Part shown: piece after piece, positions 49,622 to 60,134 of the stretch
Numbering within the stretch: position 1 is the stretch's first letter
How the letters are laid out: every line of letters begins with the position of its first letter
Notes under the pieces: model-generated
What the model was told of the DNA's origin: nothing
Seen by the model: the letters and a program-made list of their open reading frames with translations, nothing else
Databases searched by the model: none
Translations under genes and position numbers: made by a program
From: an uncultured Chloroflexia bacterium
GTDB taxonomy: Bacteria > Chloroflexota > Limnocylindria > Limnocylindrales > CSP1-4
Assembly: GCA_963707215.1 (NCBI GenBank)
Contig: CAVPPB010000003.1
Coordinates: forward strand, 1,344,001-1,408,000
Reading direction: 5' to 3'
Length of the DNA stretch: 64,000 bases

Positions 49622-49795
49622 GGTCCCTCTCCGCGGATCGCGCGATCTCCGCCTGGCCGGCGACCCGACGCATCGATGCTACGACCGCCGTCGAGGTGTC
49701 CCTCCATCCGGCCGACCCCTGCCCGATGGGCCGATGGTCACCGCGAGGTCACCCCCCAACATCAGCCGGCGGTCGGTCGTCGCGCGTCCGCCGGA

Positions 49796-50161
49796 TCAGC
49801 TGACGCAGAACTCGTTGCCCTCCGGATCGGTCATGACCGTCCAGCGGAAGTCCCCGAGGGACCGCTCGGCGATGACCGAGGCACCGAGGCCCCGGAGATG
49901 CTCGACCTCGGCCGCCATGTCCTCGGAGGCGAAGTCGAGGTGGACGCGGTTCTTGACGACCTTGCCCTCGGGCACCTTCTGGAACAGCAGCGGCAGGGGG
50001 CGCGGCCCATCGCCGGTCCGCTGGTCGGGCGGCGGGACGAGCGCGACGAACTGCTCGTTCATGTCGCGGCGCTCCCAGCCGCCCAGCGCGGCCGACCAGA
50101 ATCCCGTAACGACGTCGTGATCGGCGCAGTCGATGACGACCTCGGTCTGGCGCAGGCCCAT
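49796..50161 (-). CDS. VOC/glyoxalase-like protein
   Basis: VIDCAD..FW..ALG, KNRVHLD and DPEGNEFCV motifs. Confidence 0.9.
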   Translation of the reverse strand: MGLRQTEVVIDCADHDVVTGFWSAALGGWERRDMNEQFVALVPPPDQRTGDGPRPLPLLFQKVPEGKVVKNRVHLDFASEDMAAEVEHLRGLGASVIAERSLGDFRWTVMTDPEGNEFCVS

Positions 50162-50223
50162 GGCTCCCTCCCGCTGGCGATGCTCGCTGTCGTCCGAGGG
50201 TAGCGACCCGAGGCCGCGCGCGT

Positions 50224-53200
50224 TCAGTTCGCGGACGGCGTCCCCGTGGCCGGCGTCCGGCGACCGCCCCTGGCGGCCCGAGGCCCCCGCGGCGCGACCT
50301 CACCCGACGCTGTCATCGCCGCGGCGCCGTCGCCGGCTTCCAGGTCGTCGAGCCGGGTGAGGAACGGAGTCGCCCCGAGCCGGTCGAGGATGGTCCGCGC
50401 CTCGTCGGCCGCGGCCCGACCATCGGTCGAGCCGAGGCCGAGCGCGAGTGCGGCGTCCAGCTGGCACATCGCCAGGTCGAAGTCGCTGCCGATCTCGCGC
50501 CACAGCCCGGCGGCGGCGCGGAACTCGGGGGCGGCCGCCTCGGGCCCCTGCTCGAGTCGGGTCAGGTTCGCGGCCAGCGTCGGCTGGAGCGCCTGGAACC
50601 AGCGGCCCTCCCGGGCGACCCGGGCGAGATCCTCGATGGCCTTGCGGAGGACGACGGCATCGCCGAGCCAGGCGGCGGCGCGACCGACGCGGTCCAGGGC
50701 GCTGGGGGCGTTGAGCGGATCGGTGCGGGCGAGCTCCAGGCCGATGTCGACGACGGTCCGAAGGTCGCCCTCGGCGAGCGCTCGCCAGATCAGCGGATCC
50801 ATCGTGAGGCTCGGTGCCTCCTCAGGCGGGAACAGGGCAGCGAGCTGGTCCAGATCGGCTGCCGGAGGCTCACCTCGGACCGCTCGGAGGTTCTCGCGGA
50901 CCGACTCCAGGCGGGCTCGATCGAGCGACGGATCGAGCTGCGCCACGAGGTCGTCGAGCTCGGTGACCGCCCACTCCCACTCCCCGCTCCGGATGGCAGC
51001 CTCGGCGCCGTTGCTGATGAAGAACGTGAGGTCCGTCAGGTAGCCGAGCCGCCTCGCTGAGGCGATGCCGGTCTTGGACTCGGCGACGCACCGGCGGGGA
51101 TCGTCGTCCATCCAGGTGATGGCCAGGTTGACCTGGGCGCGGAGGGCCTGGTCCGTCATCCCGCGGGCCTCGGCGAGGCGGGCGCAGCCCTCGAGGACGA
51201 CGATCGCCTCGACCGGACGAGCGGCCGTCGCGTACGCGGCGCCCTTCGTGATCAGGCTGTCGATGATGGTCTCGGGCAGGCGCAGCCGCTCGGCGACGAC
51301 GAGGGCCCGGTTCGCCCAGTCGATGGCCTTGGCATCGTCCTGTCGACGCATGTAGGCCCAGGCGAGCGCCGAGGCGAGGGCGGCGCCGGGCGCCTCGTCG
51401 AGCAGCTCCTCGTACTCGGCGACCGCCTCCTCGAGGAGCGAGATGCCGGCGTCCGCGCGCCCCCCGGCGATCAGGGCGCGGGCCAGGGCGGCGACCGCGA
51501 TGGCCGTCCGCGTCCGATCGCCACGCGCCCGGTGACCCTCGACGGCCCGGCGCAGGTACTGCTCGGCGTCACCGTGGCGGCCGGTCGTCTGGGCGATCGA
51601 CCCGGCCCGCTGGAGGAGCTCGTCGGCCTCGGGGCCATCGGCGAGCGCGATCGCCCGCTCCAGGTATCCCAGGGCCTGCGCGGGCGCGCCCAGGGCGGCA
51701 GCGCGTTCGGCGGCCGCCTTCAGGGCGATCCGGGCCTGGACCGCCAGGGCCGCCGCCTCCGGCCCCTGGGGCGATGCCTCGTACGCTGCGGCGTAGTGGG
51801 TCGCCAGGGCCCCGGCCAGCTCCTCGTCGCCCATCGACTCGAAGAACCGGGCGGCCGCGAGGTGGCGGGCCCGCCGGTCCTTCTTCGACAGCGTCCCGTA
51901 GGCGACCTCGCGGATGAGCGCCTGGACGAAGCCGTACTGGCCGCGCTCGGGAGAGCGCGGGTCGGTGTCGAGCGCCAGGAGCTCCCGCCGCACGAGCCCC
52001 CGGAGTCGCGGCTCCAGGGCCTCGTCGGCACCGTCGCTGATCGCGGCCAGCGACGCCATCGAGAACGTCTGACCCAGGATGGACGCGTCCTGGAGCAGCG
52101 ACCGATCCGCCGGCTCCAGGCCGTCGAGCCGCGCGGCGATGAGCGACTGGAGGGTGTCGGGCACCTCGAGCGAGCCGAGGTCACCGACCGGGCGGTAGGT
52201 CCCGCCGGCGTCGGGCTCGAGACGCCCGTCGGCCAGGAGCATCCGGATGGTCTCGACGGCGTAGAGCGGGACGCCGCTGGCCCGCTCGAGGATCGTCGCC
52301 ACGGCCCCCGCCGGGAGTCCAGGGGCCATCCCGGCGAGCAGCTCGCGCATCTCGTCGTCGGACAGGGGGTCGAGCGCCAGGGAGCTGGAGGCGCGGCCGC
52401 CGCCCCAGGTCGGCCGGCGCTCGAGCAGCTCGGGTCGGGCGAGGGTCAGCACGAAGATCGGGTACGAGCGGCTCCACTCGAGGAGGTGCTCGATGAAGTC
52501 GAGCAGGCCGTCGTCGGCCCACTGGAGGTCCTCGAAGACGAGGGCGACGGTGGCCTCGTCGCTCATCCGCTCGAGGAACAGCCGCCAGCCGGCGAAGAGA
52601 CGCTCGCGTCCGCCCGGCGGAGCTTCCTCGACCCCGAGGAGGGCCAGCAGGGCCGGCTCGATGAAGGCGCACTCCTCCGGGTCGGCGACGTGCTTCTCGA
52701 TGGCCTCCGCGAGGCCCGTCCGGGTCGCGGCAGCGTCGTCGCTCTCGACCAGGCCGGCCCGGCTGCGGATCATCTCGCCGAGGGCCCAGAAGGAGACGCC
52801 CTCACCGTACGACGGGCAGCGGCCCTCGTGCCAGTAGACCGTCTCGACGACGCCGTCGGTGTACTTGCTGAACTCCCAGGCCAGCCGGCTCTTGCCGATG
52901 CCGCCCTGGCCGGTGATCGAGACGAGGCGGGCCCGACGCTCCCGGCCGGACGCGTGGAAGAGCTCGCGCAGCAGCCGGAACTCGGTCTCCCGCCCGACGA
53001 ACGGCGGCTCGATGCCCTCGCTGCGCCCGGTCCCACCGCGCTCGGCGACGACCCGCATCGCCCGCCAGGCCTCGACCGGGACGTCCTTACCCTTGAGCAG
53101 CTGCTCGCCGGCCTCCTCGAACAGGATCGCCGCCGACGCCGCTCGCTTGGTGGAGTCGCCGACGAGGACGGTGCCCGGCGGCGCGACCGACTGGAGCCGG

Positions 53201-53802
53201 CTGGCGGTGTTGACGAGGTCGCCGGCGACCATGCCCTGGTTCGTGGCCCCGATCGTCACCGCCGCCTCGCCGGTCAGGACCCCGGCCCGGGCCTGTAGCT
53301 CGGCTCCCAGCTCGCTCCCCAGGACCCGGACGCCGCCGACCAGGTCGAGGGCTGCCCGGACGGCCCGCTCCGCGTCGTCCTCGTGGGCGATCGGGGTGCC
53401 CCAGACCGCCATGACCGCGTCCCCGATGAACTTCTCGATCGTGCCCCCGTAGCGCCCGACGATCTCGCTGGCGAGGTCGAAGTAGCGGCCCAGGAGCTCG
53501 CGGACCTGCTCGGCGTCGCGGCCCTCGGCGAGCGTCGTGAAGCCGACGAGATCGGCGAACAGGACGCTGACCAGGCGTCGCTGGGTCTCGGGCTGGACCG
53601 GCAGGAAGGGTCCCGGCTCCCCCATCGCCGCCGGGACGGGTCGAGGCGCCTCACCGAGGCGGGTGCCGCACTCCGGGCAGAACTTGGCCCCCACATCGAC
53701 CGGGGAGCCGCAGCCCGGACAGGCCGCCGCCATGGCCGTTCCGCACTCGCTGCAGAACTTGGCGCCGTCGCGGTTCTGGGAGCCGCAGGTCGGACAGGTC
53801 AC
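50224..53802 (-). CDS. Double zinc ribbon, class III adenylate/guanylate cyclase, STAND NTPase and TPR protein
   Basis: Four CxxC; LFADLVGFT, KFIGDAV, GDLVNTASRLQ; GQGGIGKS and FEDLQWAD. Confidence 0.92.
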   Translation of the reverse strand: MTCPTCGSQNRDGAKFCSECGTAMAAACPGCGSPVDVGAKFCPECGTRLGEAPRPVPAAMGEPGPFLPVQPETQRRLVSVLFADLVGFTTLAEGRDAEQVRELLGRYFDLASEIVGRYGGTIEKFIGDAVMAVWGTPIAHEDDAERAVRAALDLVGGVRVLGSELGAELQARAGVLTGEAAVTIGATNQGMVAGDLVNTASRLQSVAPPGTVLVGDSTKRAASAAILFEEAGEQLLKGKDVPVEAWRAMRVVAERGGTGRSEGIEPPFVGRETEFRLLRELFHASGRERRARLVSITGQGGIGKSRLAWEFSKYTDGVVETVYWHEGRCPSYGEGVSFWALGEMIRSRAGLVESDDAAATRTGLAEAIEKHVADPEECAFIEPALLALLGVEEAPPGGRERLFAGWRLFLERMSDEATVALVFEDLQWADDGLLDFIEHLLEWSRSYPIFVLTLARPELLERRPTWGGGRASSSLALDPLSDDEMRELLAGMAPGLPAGAVATILERASGVPLYAVETIRMLLADGRLEPDAGGTYRPVGDLGSLEVPDTLQSLIAARLDGLEPADRSLLQDASILGQTFSMASLAAISDGADEALEPRLRGLVRRELLALDTDPRSPERGQYGFVQALIREVAYGTLSKKDRRARHLAAARFFESMGDEELAGALATHYAAAYEASPQGPEAAALAVQARIALKAAAERAAALGAPAQALGYLERAIALADGPEADELLQRAGSIAQTTGRHGDAEQYLRRAVEGHRARGDRTRTAIAVAALARALIAGGRADAGISLLEEAVAEYEELLDEAPGAALASALAWAYMRRQDDAKAIDWANRALVVAERLRLPETIIDSLITKGAAYATAARPVEAIVVLEGCARLAEARGMTDQALRAQVNLAITWMDDDPRRCVAESKTGIASARRLGYLTDLTFFISNGAEAAIRSGEWEWAVTELDDLVAQLDPSLDRARLESVRENLRAVRGEPPAADLDQLAALFPPEEAPSLTMDPLIWRALAEGDLRTVVDIGLELARTDPLNAPSALDRVGRAAAWLGDAVVLRKAIEDLARVAREGRWFQALQPTLAANLTRLEQGPEAAAPEFRAAAGLWREIGSDFDLAMCQLDAALALGLGSTDGRAAADEARTILDRLGATPFLTRLDDLEAGDGAAAMTASGEVAPRGPRAARGGRRTPATGTPSAN

Positions 53803-53889
53803 GCGTGGTCCTCGTGGAGCGGATCGGTGGCGATCATCGGACGCTGGGCCCGACAAGCGTAGCGGACGGGTGCCGGGCCGGGACGGCGT

Positions 53890-55910
53890 CTAGCGCCAGG
53901 TCGTCCGGGCCGGGTCCGGGTAGAGGCGGACCCGGCGGTAGGGCTCCCGGCCGCGCGAGCGCGACACAAGGTTGGCCCGCTCGGCCATCTGGTGCTGGAG
54001 TCGCCGGATGTAGGCGTTCTGGGGTGACAGCTCGACCGGTTCGTCGCGCGACGAGACGATGCCGATGGCCTCCTCGGTCTCGCGCAGCGCGGCGTCTCGC
54101 GGATCGACCTCCAGGGCGAAGATCGAGGTCAGCGACGCCTGCATCTGGATGATGGTGTTGTTCTTGAGGACGTAGACCGGCATCGCCCGCTCCTCCGCCT
54201 CCCGGATCGTCGTCGCCTTCTGGCGGTACTCGGAGCGGAGGGTCATGACGATCTCGGCGTCGTCGATGTCCCGGGCCACGACGACCGGCAGCTGGAGCTC
54301 GCGGATCGCCTGCTCCAGGCGCTTGCGGCTGATGCCGTACGGGAGGACGCGAAGGGTCGGCAGCGAGCCCGCCCCCTCGACCCGCAGGGCCGGGCCTTCC
54401 TCGGCCTCGGCCTCCGCCCGGGCCCGATCGGCGAGAGCCTCGTCGTCGGCCACGAGGTCGGCGGCGTTGACCGGACCGGTCCCTTCGTCAGCCTTGAGCT
54501 CGGTCAGCGCCCGGGTCGCCTCCTCGCGCCAGGCCTGCTGGCGCTGGAGCTCGCGGGCGTCGCGGGCCCGGACGTCGGCGGCCGTCGAGCCGTCGGCCCG
54601 CTCCAGGGGTCCACGGTCCGCGAGCCCCCCGGCGACGAAGGGAGCGTCGGCCGTGGGGCCGGTCGACGCCGGGCTGCCGCTGCGGGTCGCCCCGTCACCG
54701 TTGCCCCGGGTCGGTCGCCAGCCGCCGGACGCCGCCCGGTCGGTAGCCGGGTCGGTTGCCACGCTCGTCGCCGAAGACCGACCCGCCCCGGTAGGGGGTG
54801 GTGCCCCGCCAGCCGGGTTCGGTCCGCCAGCCGGGCCCGCCGACCAGGCCGCCGAATCGTTCGGCCGCCGAGCTGCTCGCGGGGTGAGGGCCGCGGTCGG
54901 GCCTGGGAGCGGTGGACGCCCTCCTCGTCCCGCCAGCGCTGCTCGGGTGACAGCGGCTCGCCGCGGAGGAGCCCGTCGACGGTGTCGGCGACGTCGGCGT
55001 GGACGATGACCCGGTCGCGGTCCTGGATCTCGACGACGACGTCGAACGTCGGCGGCGCCTTGCGTTCCAGCACGCTCTTCTGGGTCCGCCGGCGGCGGGC
55101 CTCCTCGTCGCCCAGGGTCACGCTCTGGATCCCCCCGATGAGGTCGGAGAGGGTCGGGTTGAGCATCAGGTTGTCGAGGTTGTTGCCGTGGGCGGTGCCG
55201 ATGAGCTGGACGCCGCGCTCGGCGATCGTCCGGGCGGCCTGGGCCTCCAGCTCGGTCCCGATCTCGTCGATGACGATGACCTGGGGCATGTGGTTCTCGA
55301 CCGCCTCGATCATCACCTCGTGCTGGAGGGCCGGTGTCCGGACCTGCATCCGGCGGGCCTTGCCGATGGCCGGATGGGGGATGTCGCCGTCGCCGGCGAT
55401 CTCGTTGCTGGTGTCGACGACGACGACCCGCTTCCGGAAGTCGTCGGCCAGGACGCGGGCGGCCTCGCGGAGCATCGTCGTCTTGCCGATGCCCGGCCGG
55501 CCCATGATGAGGATCGACTTGCCCGACTCGACGAGGTCCTCGACGATCTCGATCGTGCCGAAGACGGCTCGGCCGATGCGGCAGGTCAGGCCGACGATCT
55601 TGCCGTTGCGGTTGCGGATGGCCGAGATCCGGTGGAGGGTCCGCTCGATGCCCGCCCGGTTGTCCTCGCCGAACGTCCCGATGTGGTCGACGACGTGGGC
55701 GATGTCCGACTCCTGGACCTCCCGCTCGAGGAGCATCACCTCGCGGTCGGGGAAGCGAGCCTCCGGCGGGCGACCGAGGTCGAGGACGACCTCGATGAGC
55801 GCCTCGCGATCCGGCAGGGCATGGACCGCGTCCACGATCTCCGGCGGGAGGGTCCCGAGCAGGGCGTCGAGGTCGTCGATCGATTCGCGATGGCGAGCGT
55901 CGGGTCCCAC
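53890..55910 (-). CDS. Ycf45/SpoIIIAA-like AAA ATPase with C-terminal R3H domain, frameshifted near 54770-54870
   Basis: [34 protein letters not shown]; C-terminal [18 protein letters not shown]. Confidence 0.85.
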
Positions 55911-55921
55911 GAGGTCCTCCA

Positions 55922-56956
55922 CTAGCGGCCGACGGCCGGCACCAGGGCCGGCTCGGCGACGCGGACGAGGGTCTCCTTGAGCATCAGCGTGACGGTGGCG
56001 ATCGCCTCGAACCCCGCCTCCTCGAAGCGCCGATCGACCGGCGAATCGTAGGTCCGGACGGGCGCGATGACGCCGTGGATCGGTGCGGGCCGGGGTGCCG
56101 GTCCGTTCGGCGATCACTCCGAGACCGAAGTCGATGAGGTCGCTCGCGTCGCCGGCCGGATCGGCGACGACCTTGAGGTAGTGGGGCTGTTCCTCCTTCG
56201 CGACCCCGACCTGGAGGAAGGCGTCGACCCGGCCGCCGTCGCCGTCCTCGGTCGCCCGGACGAACGCCTCGACGTCGGCGAACCGGAGGATCGGGGCGAG
56301 GGAGCTACGGGGCACCCGCCATTGATGCCCCTGGCGCTCCCAGTCGATGGGCCGGACCAGCTCCAGTCGCTGGACGGGCGCGGGGTCACCGCGGTGTAGA
56401 GCCGATGCATCGCCAGCGCGTCGACCTGCATGGCCTCGCGGATGCCGGCGTCGCGGCACGGCGCGTCGCTCCCACGGCGTCGGGCAGCTCGACGCCGGGC
56501 GGGCGGAACATGACCCGCTCCTCGCCGTAGCGGGCGAATCCGGCCTGCATGAAGAGCTCGATGTTGCCGTCCTGGTCGGCGCAGAGACGTGGAACCGACC
56601 GACGCCACCCCGCGCCCCGTCGCGCAGGAGCTGCTGGATCGAGCCGGAACCGGATGTCGCCGGCCTCCGCAGGCCGACGCCATCGAGCTCCACGACGGTC
56701 CACTCGTCGCGGTGGCCCTCGCGCTCGGCCCGCAGGAGCCCGGCGATCCGGCCGTCCTCCTCGTAGACGTAGAGCAGGTCGTGGGGCCGGAACGCGCCGA
56801 GCGGCATCCGGAACAGGCTGAACAGGCCGATGCGGGCCGCGTTCACCGGCAGGCCCAGCGAGCGGGTCTCGGCGGACTTCTCCTGGCAGAGCCTCGACAG
56901 CTCGCCCATGGCCGCCAGGTCGGTCAGGCGGGCGACCCGGACCTTGCCCTGCTCAT
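55922..56956 (-). CDS. Hypothetical tandem GNAT-like protein, multiply frameshifted
   Basis: [36 protein letters not shown] and VRTY...FEEAGF across several frames. Confidence 0.55.
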
Positions 56957-57608
56957 TCGCGGACTTCCACCGCGACCGCGCGGCCGCGCGGCGGGTCGGG
57001 TGACGGCGTCGACCGGCTCCCTCGCCGGGGTCGGCGTGCTCGGACGCCATCGTGGCGACGAGCCGGTGGAAGCGGGTCTCGCCGGCCAGCTCGGGATGGA
57101 ACGCCGTGGCCAGGATGTTCCGCTCGCGGACGGCGACGACGCGGCCGTCGTCGAGCCGGGCCAGGACGTCGACGTCGGGACCGACCGCCTCCACGATCGG
57201 GGCGCGGATGAACACTGCGTGGACCGGGCGGTCGCCGAGGACGGGAACGACCAGGTCGGTCTCGAACGAGTCGAGCTGGCGGCCGAACGCGTTCCTCCGG
57301 ACGGCGACGTCGAGCAGCGGCAGGATCGGCGTCTCGTCGTCGACCAGCTCGCGGGCCAGGACGATCATCCCGGCACAGGTCCCCAGGATGGGCGCCCCCG
57401 AGGCCGCCAGGTCGAGGATGGGCTCGCGGAGGCCCCAGCGGTCGATGAGCCGCCGCATCGTCGTGCTCTCGCCGCCGGGCAGGATCAGGCCGACGACGCC
57501 GTCGAGATCGGACGGCAGGCGGACGCCGACGCCCTCGACGCCGATGGCCTCGAGGATGTCGAGATGCTCCCGGAAGGCCCCCTGCAGGGCCAGCACGCCG
57601 ATCCGCAT
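56953..57608 (-). CDS. pdxT: PLP synthase glutaminase subunit (3' end affected by an indel)
   Basis: [31 protein letters not shown] and FHPEL motifs. Confidence 0.93.
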
Positions 57609-57619
57609 AGCCGGGCCGG

Positions 57620-58507
57620 CGACCAGCCCCGAACGGCCAGTCGCTCCGCCTCGGGGATGGCCTCGAGCGCGATGCCGCGCATCGGGGCGCCCAGGCCCCT
57701 GCTCACCTCGGCCAGGATCTTGGGGTCGTCGAAGTGGGTCGTCGCCTGGACGATGGCGTTGGCCATCCGGGCCGGGTCCTCGCTCTTGAAGATGCCCGAG
57801 CCGACGAAGACGCCCTCGGCGCCGAGCTGCATGACGAGCGCCGCGTCGGCCGGCGTCGTGATGCCGCCGGCCACGAAGTTGACGACCGGCAGGCGACCGG
57901 CCCCGGCGACCTCCCTGACGAGGTCGTAGGGGGCGTCGAGCTCTTTGGCGGCGACGAACAGCTCGTCCTCGCGCATCGACGACAGCCGCCGGATCTCCGC
58001 CAGCACGTCGCGCAGCTGGCGGACCGCCTCGACGATGTTGCCGGTCCCGGCCTCGCCCTTCGTCCTGATCATCGCGGCGCCCTCGTTGATGCGCCGGAGC
58101 GCCTCGCCGAGGTTTCGGCAGCCGCAGACGAAGGGGACCTTGAACACGTGCTTGTCGATGTGGTTCGTCTCGTCGGCGGGGGTCAGGACCTCCGACTCGT
58201 CGACGTAGTCGACGCCGAGCGCCTCGAGGATCTGGGCCTCGACGAAGTGGCCGATGCGGGCCTTGGCCATCACCGGGATGGTCACCGCATCCAGGATCCC
58301 CAGGATCATCTCCGGATCGCTCATCCGGGCCACGCCGCCGGAGGCGCGGATGTCGGCCGGGACCCGCTCGAGGGCCATGACGGCCACCGCGCCGGCGTCC
58401 TCGGCGATCTTCGCCTGCTCGGGCGTGACGACGTCCATGATGACGCCGCCCTTGAGCATCTGGGCCAGGCCCTTCTTGGTCGCCCAGGTAGAGGTTTCGA
58501 CGGACAT
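57620..58507 (-). CDS. pdxS: PLP synthase lyase subunit
   Basis: [41 protein letters not shown] and terminal RGW; the expected stop reads TCG, so the ORF runs to 57485. Confidence 0.96.
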
Positions 58508-58670
58508 ACGGGACGGTGTTCCTCAGGTGTTCGTGCGGGGTCGCCGGTCGGGCCTGCCCCGGGGTCCTCGCCCGTTCGGGTCGGCCGGTTCCCGTCCTGC
58601 TCCGATTATCGCACGGCGGGTCGCATCTCCCGCTCCGGAGATGGTCGTGGGCTCGGCCGGTGCGAGCGCG

Positions 58671-59225
58671 TCAGGCGCCATCGAAGACGAAGCGGGTCGC
58701 GTCGTCCGGGAATCGGCTCCAGGCGAGCACGACCGATGGGCGCAGGCACCACAGTCCGCCGCCGCGCTCGGAGCGCCAGTTCGCCGGGTCGGCCTCGTAG
58801 GCCCAGCGCGTCGTCCGGTACTTGGCGAAGCCCTCGAGGACCCGTCCGGCCAGCGCCGCGTCCGGGTCGGTCCGGTCCTCCACCGCGCCCTCGACGATGA
58901 GCGCCGTGCCGTCATCGACGTGGACCGACGCCACGGCCCGCGGGTCGGCCGCCAGGTTGCGGGCCCGGCGGGTCCCCCGGCCACCTTCGAACCAGAGCCC
59001 GTCGTCCAGCCACACGCCCCAGATCGGGGCGGCGTGGGGTGCGCCGTCGGGACGGGTCGTCGAGACCCAGTACACGATCGCCTCCCGAAGCTGCTCGCGG
59101 ACCCAGGGCCACGGCAGCAGCCCGGCTGGGTCATCCGGCACCCTGTAGTCGCGCAGCAGCGGGCGCGATGCCCGGGGCCCGGGTGATGGGGCCGCGGCGC
59201 GCGCCGGAGTCGGGTCTTGTCTCAC
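58671..59225 (-). CDS. Pyridoxamine 5'-phosphate oxidase-like split-barrel protein
   Basis: YW.STTRPDGAPH..PIWGVW, RNL..DP and DATRF motifs. Confidence 0.85.
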   Translation of the reverse strand: MRQDPTPARAAAPSPGPRASRPLLRDYRVPDDPAGLLPWPWVREQLREAIVYWVSTTRPDGAPHAAPIWGVWLDDGLWFEGGRGTRRARNLAADPRAVASVHVDDGTALIVEGAVEDRTDPDAALAGRVLEGFAKYRTTRWAYEADPANWRSERGGGLWCLRPSVVLAWSRFPDDATRFVFDGA

Positions 59226-60010
59226 CGGACGCCCGTCGCCCGGCCGGTCGCGCGGATGACCCCGGCGACCATGCCGGCGGTCCGGCGGGCACTGCTCGGG
59301 GGGAGTCTCGAGACGGCGTCGACCAGGCCCAGGACCTCGTCGTCCTCGAGAGCGTCGAGGATCCGGATGAGCCGCAGGATCGCCTCATCGTCGACCCGGT
59401 CGAGCAGGACGAGCGCGCGCTCCAGCTGCCGCGGCTCCAGGCTCGGCACGAGCCCGACGGTCCGGTCGAACAGGCGAACGAAGGCCAGGAAGGCGGCCAG
59501 CCAGTCGGCCAGCTCTGCCAGCTCGGGGTCGTCGGGCGCTTCGGCGGCAGCCCGGGCGGCCTCCACCGAGGTCCGCTCGAGGACCGCCACGATCGGGTCG
59601 CCCTCGCGCGACTTGCGCTGGGCGACGACCCGCCCGAACCAGCGCCACGGATCGTTGACGGCCAGGTAGGCCACGCTGGCGGGGCCGCGCCGGCCGACGC
59701 GACGGGGCTCGGCCACCCGCTCGACCAGGCCCCAGGTCTCGGCCTCGACGAGGGCCTGGCTGGCCGCTCGATGGGACAGCCCCAGGGCCTCGCGGACCTC
59801 GCGCTCGGTGAGCGGGGCACGCCTGCTCATCAGGTAGGCATGGACGCGGGTCACCGCCGGCGGCACCCCCCAGGCGGCCCCCATCCGACCCCAGGCATCG
59901 GCGAGTTCCAGGCGGATCGCCTCGGCGCGCGGCGACGTCTCCGCGGCCTCCCGGACGGAGAGCGGCACCGGGGCGGGATCGGGAGCGGGAGGGCGGGTCT
60001 CGGTGGTCAT
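59222..60010 (-). CDS. GbsR/MarR family transcriptional regulator
   Basis: WG.MG..WG....R.HAYL and LGLS..AAS..L..WGLV winged HTH. Confidence 0.8.
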   Translation of the reverse strand: MTTETRPPAPDPAPVPLSVREAAETSPRAEAIRLELADAWGRMGAAWGVPPAVTRVHAYLMSRRAPLTEREVREALGLSHRAASQALVEAETWGLVERVAEPRRVGRRGPASVAYLAVNDPWRWFGRVVAQRKSREGDPIVAVLERTSVEAARAAAEAPDDPELAELADWLAAFLAFVRLFDRTVGLVPSLEPRQLERALVLLDRVDDEAILRLIRILDALEDDEVLGLVDAVSRLPPSSARRTAGMVAGVIRATGRATGVR

Positions 60011-60134
60011 GGCGGCGTCGGCCTGGAACGGTACGTGGCGATCTCGGCAGCGCGACCGCGAGTCCGCGCGACCGTGCCGGCCACCATAGCACTGCCCCAG
60101 GGGCCTTCCGGCCGAGACCCGGTAGCATCGGGGC

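Noticed and set aside
50105-50111. Additional CGTAACG heptamer
   Set aside because: Lies inside the VOC coding sequence with no downstream + strand gene start, so it is probably a chance match.
54504-57608. 1034-aa PdxT-GNAT-AAA fusion ORF
   Set aside because: Chimera created by indels. Internal ATGA (56953-56956), TAG (55922) and an RBS plus GTG (55910) mark three separate genes.
57485-57622. C-terminal extension or readthrough of PdxS into pdxT
   Set aside because: PdxS normally ends at RGW. The next codon TCG is one base from TAG in an error-rich stretch.
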